A DNA stretch of 64,000 bases, taken from IMG/VR virus record IMGVR_UViG_3300009499_000053. One strand, written 5' to 3'. The notes under the pieces are model-generated. The model searched no databases. It was not told where the DNA came from and saw nothing but the letters and a program-made list of their open reading frames with translations. A program made the position numbers and the translations under genes. Position 1 is the first letter of the stretch. Each line of letters starts with the position of its first letter. Shown here piece by piece: positions 48,409 through 57,856 of the stretch. This DNA is from a virus.

Positions 48409-49367
48409 ATAAGAAACAGAAGAGAAAGATAAAGATTGGTTTCTTCCTAGACTCCCTGAATAGGGTGACAGGAGGACATAAGAGACGAGTGTACATGGCT
48501 AATGAGTTGAAGAGTAGGGGATATGATGTTGCCCTTCTCCTAAAGAACAATCACTTCAATAAGATCTGGACTGGAGTAATAAAGGTTAGAGGAGATGTAA
48601 ATCCCTGGGATAAGGACTATGACTTCCTCTTCTTGGGAGATGCCCGTTTTAGTATAGATCCATTCCTAAAGTCTAATAACTCTACCAGGATATGGATGAT
48701 GCAGGGAGCCTATGAGGGAGACAACCTTCTTGGTGGAAAGCTATTCCAGACGGTAAATAATAGAATATACCGGAACGAGAAGATAATCAAGTTAGCCTTT
48801 ACAACCTACATGAGGGATTGGTTAAGGATACATCACAAGGCAACGAGTATACTTGCTCCTGGTGGGATAAATACAGCATACTACTATCCACAGGAATTCA
48901 TACAGAGGGAAACAAAGATCTGTTCAGTAAGGTGGCATGTTCCTGGTGAATGGAAACATGAAATAGATGAGACTGTTCGTGGATCAAATTGGTCATACAA
49001 GGAAACTGTTGGAAGGGAGAGGGAGGAGGACATGGCTAACTTCTATAGGAGTGCAGGAATCTTAGTAACCTTTAGGGCTCCCAGTGTAGCAGGTGTCGTA
49101 AGGGACTGGAATAATCCAATGGCTGAGGCAATGGCCTGTAAGACACCTGTAATCACAACGCCTATGGGTGGAATAAGGGACATAGCCATTCAGGGGAAGA
49201 CAGCCTACATTGTAGAGTCAAAGGAAGAGTTCCGTAGGGTTCTAAAGAAATGTATCAATAGCAGAACGTACAAGAATCAACATGTTGAAAGAGCCTATGC
49301 CCATATTAAGGGGTTTGAGTACTTTGACATGATAGATATCGTTGAGAAGGAGATCATACAGAAATGA
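48405..49367 (+). CDS. GT4-like glycosyltransferase
   Basis: TGG, NPMAEAMACKTPVI. Confidence 0.75.
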   Translation: MNKKQKRKIKIGFFLDSLNRVTGGHKRRVYMANELKSRGYDVALLLKNNHFNKIWTGVIKVRGDVNPWDKDYDFLFLGDARFSIDPFLKSNNSTRIWMMQGAYEGDNLLGGKLFQTVNNRIYRNEKIIKLAFTTYMRDWLRIHHKATSILAPGGINTAYYYPQEFIQRETKICSVRWHVPGEWKHEIDETVRGSNWSYKETVGREREEDMANFYRSAGILVTFRAPSVAGVVRDWNNPMAEAMACKTPVITTPMGGIRDIAIQGKTAYIVESKEEFRRVLKKCINSRTYKNQHVERAYAHIKGFEYFDMIDIVEKEIIQK

Positions 49368-50005
49368 AAGACTCATGTGAAGCTTGGAAGAGACATAAGG
49401 ATCCTAAGATCCTAACCTGGGGAGAGTACCTCTCAGGAGAAAACTTAGTGGAAATCTTAGATAAGAAAGGGTACTTTAAGGATGGAATGAGGATCTGTGA
49501 GATAGGTTTTGGTTACAACAGGTTCCTGAATAGTCTCCTTAAGAGGGAGTATCAATTTACCTACGTTGGGGTTGATATAGGGAAGAACTGGGTAGACCAA
49601 GCTAATAGGAAACATCGGAAGAATAAGAGCATTGAATTCTTAGAGGGAGACGTGAGGGATAGGGACTTCTTTATAAAACTGGGGAAGAATAGAAGATTTG
49701 ATTTGATCCTTTCATTTGTTTGCCTACACCACATCAAGCCCACCTTTGCTATTCCCCTTAGAAACTTTAGACTAATTCTGGATTCGAAGGGACTAGTTAT
49801 CTTTGATCTCCCAGTAGTTGACAAGGAGAAGGATGAGAAGGTCCTAGAGTGGGAAGATGCCTGGGCAAGAAACTACTATCTAACTGAGGCAGAGTTGGTT
49901 ATCTGTAGAGAGTTCTTTAAGTTACTAACGAAGTTTAGAGTACAACAGGGAGTACACAATAGAATGTGCTTTATAATTAGACCATGGAATGTGATTAGGA
50001 AATGA
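49364..50005 (+). CDS. class I SAM-dependent methyltransferase
   Basis: EIGFG, GVD, GD, FDLI...LHH. Confidence 0.8.
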   Translation: MKDSCEAWKRHKDPKILTWGEYLSGENLVEILDKKGYFKDGMRICEIGFGYNRFLNSLLKREYQFTYVGVDIGKNWVDQANRKHRKNKSIEFLEGDVRDRDFFIKLGKNRRFDLILSFVCLHHIKPTFAIPLRNFRLILDSKGLVIFDLPVVDKEKDEKVLEWEDAWARNYYLTEAELVICREFFKLLTKFRVQQGVHNRMCFIIRPWNVIRK

Positions 50006-50937
50006 AAATCTGTTACTATCCTAGATACGACATAAATGGAGGGTCTAGTAGGTGTAGGGCCTACTACATTCAACAGAGACTACTCAAGTGGGGAGTAGAT
50101 GCCTATATTACAAGTGCCCCCTATACAGCAGATGTTATTGTCTTCCAGAAGACCTATGAGAAACCCTACCTAGAGATAGCCAGGAAGGCTAAGGAGAAGG
50201 GGATAAAGATGGTCTTTGATCTGGATGATGACTACCTGGCTAAGGATATGATTGAACTGGTTGATGTGGTAGTCTGTGACTCACAGGGCCTTGTAGACTT
50301 TGCTCAGAACCAGACCATGAAGAAGATAGATGGGAGAGTAATCCTAAACCCAGTAGACTACATTAAGGAACCCCTACAACAGAGAAAACACACCAAGAAG
50401 AATGGTCTAAACCTTGTGTACTTTGCTAATCCTGCTAACTTTAAGGCATTTGTTAACTGTAGGAAGGGAATGGAGAGACTGAGAAAGGAAGGATTCAAGT
50501 ATAACCTTACACTCCTAGGAGGACGGAACCTAGCCCATATAAGAAAGTACGGAGATCCGTTTAAGGGATTCAAGGTAAATCACGTCCCCTGGTCACTAAA
50601 GACATTCTCCCTTGAGTTAAGGAAGTTTGACTTCTCTATACTACCACAGGCATGGGACTGGAAGGGACCTGCTAAGCAGACTGAGTCGGTAGCCCACAAT
50701 GTACCTGCAGTGTGTGAGAAGATACAGCCGAATGAGTCCCTCTATAGGGATGCTGGACTAATGGAGTACCTAGCAGGGACACAGGATGAGTGGTACAGGG
50801 CTGCTAAGAAGCTCTTCAACCCTAGGGAAAGAAATGGGTTCCTGGATAAGGTTCTACCTGTAGTCTGGAAGAAGAGATCACATGATGGGATAACCAGAGA
50901 GTGGTTAGACCTATTTGAGGAGTTGGTTGGGAAATGA
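50002..50937 (+). CDS. glycosyltransferase-like protein
   Basis: SSRCR, VFQK, FDLDDD, KGPAK; cluster context. Confidence 0.6.
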   Translation: MKICYYPRYDINGGSSRCRAYYIQQRLLKWGVDAYITSAPYTADVIVFQKTYEKPYLEIARKAKEKGIKMVFDLDDDYLAKDMIELVDVVVCDSQGLVDFAQNQTMKKIDGRVILNPVDYIKEPLQQRKHTKKNGLNLVYFANPANFKAFVNCRKGMERLRKEGFKYNLTLLGGRNLAHIRKYGDPFKGFKVNHVPWSLKTFSLELRKFDFSILPQAWDWKGPAKQTESVAHNVPAVCEKIQPNESLYRDAGLMEYLAGTQDEWYRAAKKLFNPRERNGFLDKVLPVVWKKRSHDGITREWLDLFEELVGK

Positions 50938-51425
50938 AGGGTGTAGTAATTAGGAAGATTGGATCTGCAGTTCTAAGTAAGAGACCAGACCTACTAAGGG
51001 AACTACCCTTTATTGTACACCAACACCATACAACAGGAAAGCCAAAGCACATAGCTGATGATTGGAGTAAGAGATTACCTATACTTAGGAGGGCTATGGA
51101 AGGTGGAAACTATGGACTACTGGTGGCAGTAGATTCAGAGAGTGAGAATGATACGATAATAGGTTTCCTGGACTACCACATTATAGACTGTTTCATAGAG
51201 AATACAAGGATATGCTTCCTACAGAATATGAGGGTATGGCATCCTTGGAGGAAGAAGGGAGTAGGGACTATGTTGGTTAGGGAACTAATCATCAGAGCTG
51301 AGAAGGCAGGTTGTAAGGAGATCCACGTAGTGGCTGGGGAAGGAGCAGATGCCTTCTATGAGAAGTTAGGGTTTAGTAAGAAGGATACATTCCTGGAAGC
51401 AGAGGTAACTGACTTCTTTGAGTAG
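50934..51425 (+). CDS. GNAT acetyltransferase
   Basis: V.HPWRKKGVG, AFYEKLGF. Confidence 0.85.
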   Translation: MKGVVIRKIGSAVLSKRPDLLRELPFIVHQHHTTGKPKHIADDWSKRLPILRRAMEGGNYGLLVAVDSESENDTIIGFLDYHIIDCFIENTRICFLQNMRVWHPWRKKGVGTMLVRELIIRAEKAGCKEIHVVAGEGADAFYEKLGFSKKDTFLEAEVTDFFE

Positions 51426-51437
51426 GGAGGGTATAGG

Positions 51438-53228
51438 TTGGACTACAAGGTAGAGAACTGGACAGAGGGGAAAGGGTACCAGTTTAAACTAAAAGATGCT
51501 AAGTTTCCAGAGGTGGATCTACCTGGGGGTTATACCTTTAGGGAGGGGTACCCCAATGAGATGACCAGAAGAGACTTTGAGGAGTTTAAGAGGATCTATG
51601 GTGGAAAGTCTCCTGGTAGAGATAGTATCTTCTATCAGAAAGTGGGAGAGGGAAACAACTTCTTCATGTTATGGGTCTACTTCGAGAAACGTGTAGTTGG
51701 TTCCAGTCTTGTAATTATAGAACCTAAGACAGGTAGTTGTCGGATAGAGTGGTCTAATGTCCTTCCTAAACATAGAAAGAAGGGACTATACCGAAACATG
51801 CAGTATCACTCCCTCAAACGATTAGAGGAGATGAAGGTAGAGACACTAAGGTTTGGTCTATCTGAGGCATGGCTTCTGCCCTTCTGGTTAAGCATATTTG
51901 GGAAGAAGAAGACCATTACCTTCACACAATTCAGTAGTCTATTCAGAGAGTATAAGCCTATGACTAGGAAAGAGGAGATCTGGGAGTTAGTTAAGATTAT
52001 AGAGAAGAGGAGACCAAAGATAATTATGGAGATAGGGGTTGGAAGTGGAGGGACCTTCAAATTGTGGGAGACTATAATTCCCATCAATGGAATGCTAATT
52101 GGTATAGACATAATGGATGAGTCTAAGTGGGATCATCGAGGGAGTAAGAAAAGGGTACACTTCCTTCATGGAAACTCTCTCTCAAAGAAGATCCTAAATA
52201 AGGCAAAGGGAATCCTCAATGGGGAGAAGATAGACTTTCTCTTTATAGATGGTTGTCATGAGGGTTCCATAGTAAGACAGGACTTCTCTAACTATAGACA
52301 ACTAGTAAAGGAGAATGGAGTAGTTGCCTTTCATGACATAAGGGCTCCTGATACAAAGGATTACCAAAGGACAACAACAGTGGATAAGGTCTATACAGAT
52401 CTTAAAGGGATATACAAGTCCCAGGACATTCTACCAGAGAAGGGATGGAAAGGATCAGATGGGATAGGAATTATCTTCCTGGAGAAGGAGGCTAAGAAGG
52501 GAATGAATATTGTAATTACTGGGGCATCAAGCGGAATAGGGAGAGCAACTGCTAGGGAGTTCTCTAGACAGTATCCAGATAGTGCCTTTCTACTAACCTA
52601 CCGTAAAGCTGTACATCAGATAGTAAGAGTCAGAGCAGAGATCGAGGGACAGGGAAGTAATGTAATGGTAGGACAGCTAGATGTGACAACTAGGAAAGAC
52701 GTGAAGAAGATTATAGAATACTTTGTAAAACAGTATGGAAAGATAGATATCCTAGTGAACAACGCAGGAATCAACATTCCCAGTACAGTAGAGAAGATGA
52801 CAGATGAGCAGTGGGATAGGGTCATAGAAGTAAACCTTACTGGAGTAGTAAATGTAACAAGGGCCTGTCTACCACACATAGAGAGTGGAGGGGCCATAGT
52901 TAACCTGGGAAGTGTACAAGGAATAGTGGGAGGTTATGGATCAGCAAACTACTCAGCCTCTAAGGGAGGGGTACTGGCCCTTGGTAAGGCACTAGCCAAG
53001 GAGGTAGCCAGTAGGGGAATACGAGTGAATAATGTAGCCCCTGGGTACATAGATACAGACCTAGTAAGGGAGATCCCTAAGAGGATACAGGAGAAACTTA
53101 GGGAGAGAACGTTACTGAAACGATTTGGTACTGCAGAGGAGATAGCTAAGTTTATAGTGTTCCTGGCAGTAGAGGGTACATTCTGTACCGGTCAGACGTA
53201 CATAGTTGATGGAGGAAACATTTCTTAG
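51438..53228 (+). CDS. GNAT-like + class I methyltransferase + SDR reductase fusion
   Basis: VLPKHRKKGLY; EIGVGSGGT...FIDGCH...AFHD; TGASSGIG, NNAG, YSASK, VAPG, DGG. Confidence 0.8.
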   Translation: MDYKVENWTEGKGYQFKLKDAKFPEVDLPGGYTFREGYPNEMTRRDFEEFKRIYGGKSPGRDSIFYQKVGEGNNFFMLWVYFEKRVVGSSLVIIEPKTGSCRIEWSNVLPKHRKKGLYRNMQYHSLKRLEEMKVETLRFGLSEAWLLPFWLSIFGKKKTITFTQFSSLFREYKPMTRKEEIWELVKIIEKRRPKIIMEIGVGSGGTFKLWETIIPINGMLIGIDIMDESKWDHRGSKKRVHFLHGNSLSKKILNKAKGILNGEKIDFLFIDGCHEGSIVRQDFSNYRQLVKENGVVAFHDIRAPDTKDYQRTTTVDKVYTDLKGIYKSQDILPEKGWKGSDGIGIIFLEKEAKKGMNIVITGASSGIGRATAREFSRQYPDSAFLLTYRKAVHQIVRVRAEIEGQGSNVMVGQLDVTTRKDVKKIIEYFVKQYGKIDILVNNAGINIPSTVEKMTDEQWDRVIEVNLTGVVNVTRACLPHIESGGAIVNLGSVQGIVGGYGSANYSASKGGVLALGKALAKEVASRGIRVNNVAPGYIDTDLVREIPKRIQEKLRERTLLKRFGTAEEIAKFIVFLAVEGTFCTGQTYIVDGGNIS

Positions 53229-53240
53229 GAGGAATATAAA

Positions 53241-54362
53241 ATGGGAAAGATTTGGTTATTTAATCCTTTCTTGCCTAAGGAGGCAGGGGATGAGTTAAAG
53301 AAGACAATAGATAGTGGATTCATTAATAGGGGAAAGAAGGCTACTGAGTTTGAACAGAAACTTAGAGAAAAGTTTGGTTTCAATCAGGTACACCTAGTGA
53401 ATAGTTGTACATCTGCCCTTAAGTTATCCCTTAAGGTTGCAGGTATTAGACCGGGGGATGAGGTAATATCTACTCCCTGGAGTATGATAGCTACCAATAC
53501 AACCATACTGGAGTGTGGTGCCAAGCCTGTCTTTGTGGACATTAAGTACGAGACACTGAACATGGATCCCACCCTAATAGAAGAGAAGATTACTAAGAGG
53601 ACCAAGGCAATCATGTTGGTACACTATGCAGGTTACCCTGCTGACCTGAAGAAGATCTATGAGGTTGCCCAGAGATACAACCTAGAGGTTATTCAGGACT
53701 GTGCCCATGCCCTAGGGGCTAGGTACAAGGATATGTACATTGGTTCCTTAGGAAGGTTCTGTTGTTTCTCCTTTCAGGCAATTAAGATGATAACAACGGG
53801 GGATGGGGGGGCTATCTCCACTACAGACAGTAAGGTCTATGAGGACCTAGTTAGGTTGTCATGGTTTGGGATAAATAAGAGTAAGAGGATAAAGACACCC
53901 ATAGGCGCCTTTCCAGAGGACATTAGTGAACTGGGATATAAGCACAATGTAACTGACATAGATGCCACCCTTGGACTGGTTGGTCTAAGACACCTGGATC
54001 AGGCACTATGGAGAAGGAGACAGGTAGCAGAGACCTACAACCATAGTCTAGGAAAATGTAAGAGAATTACCCTACCTGTCTATGAAGGAGACAGGAAGAG
54101 TGCATATTGGTTATACCCCCTACATGTACCAGGGAAGAGGGACTCCTTTGCTAAGTTTATGCAGACTAATGGTATACAGGTAGATAAGCACAATGATAGG
54201 AATGATAGGTACAAGATCTTTGGTGGTCTGAGGAGTGACCTACCCAATACAGCTAGGGTAGATAAGGACATAGTTCACATACCAATACACCCTGCCCTCA
54301 CAAGTGAGGAGATGATGACAGTGATAAGAAAGGTAAGGGAGTGGGATAGAAGTGGGAAATAA
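53241..54362 (+). CDS. DegT/DnrJ/EryC1/StrS PLP-dependent sugar aminotransferase
   Basis: NSCTSAL, VHYAG, DCAHA, SFQAIKMITTGDGG. Confidence 0.92.
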   Translation: MGKIWLFNPFLPKEAGDELKKTIDSGFINRGKKATEFEQKLREKFGFNQVHLVNSCTSALKLSLKVAGIRPGDEVISTPWSMIATNTTILECGAKPVFVDIKYETLNMDPTLIEEKITKRTKAIMLVHYAGYPADLKKIYEVAQRYNLEVIQDCAHALGARYKDMYIGSLGRFCCFSFQAIKMITTGDGGAISTTDSKVYEDLVRLSWFGINKSKRIKTPIGAFPEDISELGYKHNVTDIDATLGLVGLRHLDQALWRRRQVAETYNHSLGKCKRITLPVYEGDRKSAYWLYPLHVPGKRDSFAKFMQTNGIQVDKHNDRNDRYKIFGGLRSDLPNTARVDKDIVHIPIHPALTSEEMMTVIRKVREWDRSGK

Positions 54363-54996
54363 GGCAGCAATAGTCCTGGGAATGCATAGGACTGGATCCT
54401 CTGCTGCAATGGGAATCCTGAGAATTCTTGGTGTAGACATTGGAGATGACCTTGGTGGAAAGAATGACTACAATGAGAAGGGATACCTAGAGAACCAGGA
54501 GTTCTACAGATGGGAACAGAAGATTCTGATTAAGTCAGGAGGAAACTGGCAAAGTATCCCCTCCCTCAATGTTGTAAATAGTACATTTGGATTCTACGAG
54601 AAAGAGTACATGATGCTCCTGGAGAAGTATAACAGAAGTCCCTACTGGGGATACAAGGCAATTAGGGGAGGACTATTCCCTGATCACCTAACACTAATAG
54701 AGAACCCCCACTTCATAGTCTGTTGGAGGAGTCCCAAGGCAGTGGCTGACTCCCTAAGAAGGAGAAATGGCTTTACCAGACAGAAGTCTATTGGACTGTG
54801 GGCTACATACTACTACAGAATCTTTAGTTTCCTGGGGAGGAGTAAGCTTCCGTATATGATACTTAACTATGATGAGTTGGTTGATGACACAGAGGAAACA
54901 GTACTGAAAATAGCTAAGTTTCTTATGATAGAGTTCACTAAGGAGAAGAGGAAGAAGACTGAGGAATGGATAGAGAAAGGACTTAGACACTTCTAG
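54352..54996 (+). CDS. sulfotransferase-family protein
   Basis: GMHRTGSS, GYLEN, WGYK, RSP.AVADSL. Confidence 0.75.
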   Translation: MGNKAAIVLGMHRTGSSAAMGILRILGVDIGDDLGGKNDYNEKGYLENQEFYRWEQKILIKSGGNWQSIPSLNVVNSTFGFYEKEYMMLLEKYNRSPYWGYKAIRGGLFPDHLTLIENPHFIVCWRSPKAVADSLRRRNGFTRQKSIGLWATYYYRIFSFLGRSKLPYMILNYDELVDDTEETVLKIAKFLMIEFTKEKRKKTEEWIEKGLRHF

Positions 54997-55005
54997 GTGA
55001 AGTAA

Positions 55006-55389
55006 ATGAGTAAGAAATGGACACTATTCATAGGAAGGTTTAGTCCACCTCATAAGGCTCATAAGTACCTCTTTGATAGTGTACTTAATAATGGAGGGAA
55101 GGTTGTGGTGGCACTACGGGATACATCAATCTCTGAGAAGGACCCCCTAACAATAGAACAACGTAAGTTCCTGATTGAGAAACTATATCAAGGGAACCCA
55201 AGAGTAAAGGTAATAGTCATACCCGATGTAGAAGAGGTATGCGTAGGAAGAAAAGTGGGCTACAGGATTATGGCTGTACCTGAGAAGATAAGGGTCATAT
55301 CAGCAACTAAGGTGAGAAAAGGAAAGTATGATGATGTTCCTGAGGAGATTAGAGATCTAGTGAAGGAGATGTTAGATAAAGATGAATAA
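55006..55389 (+). CDS. cytidyltransferase-like (HxGH-type) nucleotidyltransferase
   Basis: GRFSPPHKAH...ISATKVR. Confidence 0.75.
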   Translation: MSKKWTLFIGRFSPPHKAHKYLFDSVLNNGGKVVVALRDTSISEKDPLTIEQRKFLIEKLYQGNPRVKVIVIPDVEEVCVGRKVGYRIMAVPEKIRVISATKVRKGKYDDVPEEIRDLVKEMLDKDE

Positions 55390-56038
55390 ACAGAAGAAAC
55401 GAATTTGGGGAACCCTAGCTGAACCAAAAATCTGGAGAGGTATAGATAGGTCTATTGGTTCCCTTCAACTATTTTGGTTACTTAACCTAGGGCTTCGTCC
55501 TGAACACTTTCTCCTAGACCTTGCCTGTGGTCCACTTAGGGCTGGGGTCCACTTTATCTTCTATCTAGATAAGGGACACTACTATGGAGTTGATGCTGAC
55601 CAACGTTCCCTAAATAACGGAGAAGAATACTATAAGAGATTTAGACTAGAGGATAAGGAACCGAATCTAGTTCTTGAAGATAACTTTGACCTAGGGAAAC
55701 TTAGGAGAAAATTTAACTTCATTATAGCACAGTCTCTCTTTACGCACCTAGCAGATCCAGATATTAAGAAATGTCTAACTGAGGTTGACAGAATCCTAGA
55801 AGGGGGAGGAGTCTTCCTAGCTACCTTCTTTGAGGCAAAAAAGGGAGTAAGAGAAGTCATGAGAAATTTGGGAACAATGAGAAGATCAACTTTCCGTAAT
55901 AAGAACCCCTTCCATCAACCCTTTAGGTTCTACAAGGATAATTGTCCAAGGGCACTTTCAGTAGAGTACAAAGCAAAATGGTGTCACCCTCGTAACCTAA
56001 ATATATTAATCTTCAGAAAGGAGAAGAAGAAAAAATGA
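55382..56038 (+). CDS. class I SAM-dependent methyltransferase
   Basis: LDLACGPLRAG, AQSLFTH. Confidence 0.8.
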   Translation: MNKQKKRIWGTLAEPKIWRGIDRSIGSLQLFWLLNLGLRPEHFLLDLACGPLRAGVHFIFYLDKGHYYGVDADQRSLNNGEEYYKRFRLEDKEPNLVLEDNFDLGKLRRKFNFIIAQSLFTHLADPDIKKCLTEVDRILEGGGVFLATFFEAKKGVREVMRNLGTMRRSTFRNKNPFHQPFRFYKDNCPRALSVEYKAKWCHPRNLNILIFRKEKKKK

Positions 56039-56718
56039 GGAAGAAAAAAGTAAAGATTAGTTTCTGTATTCTAAACTACTATGAGGACTGGTTAGTAGTT
56101 AGGACCATATCACAGGTTTATGATTTCGTTGATGAGATACTAATTGGGGATACTTCCAGAGGTAAAGATCTGATACCCAGAGCGGTAGACGGCCTTCCTA
56201 AGTGTAGGATTGTGCCCGACCCTGGGTTCGATGAGGGAAGCAATTTCAGTTGGTCAGAGTGGAGGAACTATGTTCAGTCATTTGCTAAGGGAGACTGGGT
56301 AATGTGGACTGACCCAGATGAGATATACCCCCTGAACCTAATGAGGAATCTTAGAGGCTGGTTAGAGAGAACGACAGCAGAGGCAATTGGTCTGGTTAGA
56401 ATAGCATATGAAACACACAAACGAATGGTAGTTAGGAACAAGGAACCGAAGATTCGGATATGGAGAAACCTTAACCGAATTAGGTGGTCAAGGAAGATAC
56501 ATGAGAGTCCTGAGGGATTTAAGGACTATGAGATCTGGGATGTGACATATGCCCATGACATTAACTGGTTACCCAGTTTTCCACAGAGGATATACAAGCT
56601 TAAGAAGAGGGAAAGGAGAGGAAACATCCTTCCTAGGATAAAGAAGAATGACCTAGATCCCTACAGAGAACGCTACCCCAATGAGAAAGAGGAAGACGCG
56701 TTTAGATCAAGGGAGTGA
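56035..56718 (+). CDS. GT2 (GT-A) glycosyltransferase
   Basis: VDEILIGD, RN, DPDE, IHE. Confidence 0.75.
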   Translation: MRKKKVKISFCILNYYEDWLVVRTISQVYDFVDEILIGDTSRGKDLIPRAVDGLPKCRIVPDPGFDEGSNFSWSEWRNYVQSFAKGDWVMWTDPDEIYPLNLMRNLRGWLERTTAEAIGLVRIAYETHKRMVVRNKEPKIRIWRNLNRIRWSRKIHESPEGFKDYEIWDVTYAHDINWLPSFPQRIYKLKKRERRGNILPRIKKNDLDPYRERYPNEKEEDAFRSRE

Positions 56719-56722
56719 CATT

Positions 56723-57334
56723 ATGGCTTCTTCACAAGACCATGCTAAGGCTAAGGCCCTAATAAGAACTAAGAGGGGAAACATCCTTATTGATGTTGGG
56801 GCTAATGATGGTTACTACAGTATGCTACTCAGAAGAAACTTTAAGAAGGTCTATGCCATAGAACCCTTCCCCAAGTCAGTAAGTGTACTCAAGAGAAACC
56901 TTAGGAATGGAAAGATTACCAACGTAGAGGTTCTTCCATTTGCTGTGGGAAGTAGAACAGGGAAGACTAAGATGTACCTCTCCCTAAGGGGAACCAAGTG
57001 TCATAGTCTCCTAAGGGTGGGTGAGAGGACAATCATAGTAGACTGCTACACTCTTAATGACCTCTTTCCAGACTATGAGGGAATAGACCTTATCAAGGTT
57101 GATGTGGAGGGAGGGGAGATTGAGGTTCTCCTGGGAGCAGAGAAGATCATGAAGAACGTAAAGTCATGGTTCATAGAGATGCATGACCTAGGGGAGATCC
57201 TAAGGGGACTACCACATAGTAGGGAGAGAACGAGGGGACACAATGATCGAATAGATAAGATGTTAAAGGGTTATGGTTATGAGACTGAATGGATACTAGA
57301 AAGATGGGTATATGCGGAGAGAAAGAAATGCTAA
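56723..57334 (+). CDS. FkbM-family methyltransferase
   Basis: DVGANDG, IEP, IKVDVEGGE. Confidence 0.88.
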   Translation: MASSQDHAKAKALIRTKRGNILIDVGANDGYYSMLLRRNFKKVYAIEPFPKSVSVLKRNLRNGKITNVEVLPFAVGSRTGKTKMYLSLRGTKCHSLLRVGERTIIVDCYTLNDLFPDYEGIDLIKVDVEGGEIEVLLGAEKIMKNVKSWFIEMHDLGEILRGLPHSRERTRGHNDRIDKMLKGYGYETEWILERWVYAERKKC

Positions 57335-57492
57335 GAAAGTCTAGAGGGATCTCCCTCGTATTCTCAGGAGAAGGATCACAGGCACGTAGAATCCTGCGAC
57401 CAATGAATGATCCTCTTACTGGAGAACACCTAAGCAATAATGGTGTATCTACACCTACCTGCTTATCTAAGCGTTTTGAGGAGTGTACATAG

Positions 57493-57856
57493 TATGGACT
57501 CTCTGTCTATTGTAGAGATAATGCCTATAGAGTATGATAAGAGAAGGAAAGTAGTACATACATACTCAAAGATATGTACACAGGACATGACTGCTCAACG
57601 TCTAAGGGACCTCTACATAAACCTGGGATTTAAGAATGCTCCTGTAGTTACCCACCTTGGAGAGGCATTCCTCATAACGTTCTTCCCCAAACCACCTATC
57701 ATCATCTCCAAGAGTGATGGGAGAATGTACACCTTTGTTGGTGGTAAGTGGGATCTTAAGGAAGCACAACATCAAGCGTCTTTAGTAATGAGGGTACTAG
57801 TTGAGTTTGACCTAGTAGGGAACCATAAGAGGAGAAGTGTACGGAGGAGAAAGTAA
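57493..57856 (+). CDS. hypothetical protein
   Basis: ORF in the same tightly packed run. Confidence 0.5.

Noticed and set aside
60-57437. Many - strand ORFs of 60-145 aa in the track, and + strand ORFs inside 59813-62879
   Set aside because: Antisense shadows of well-supported genes, with no motifs.
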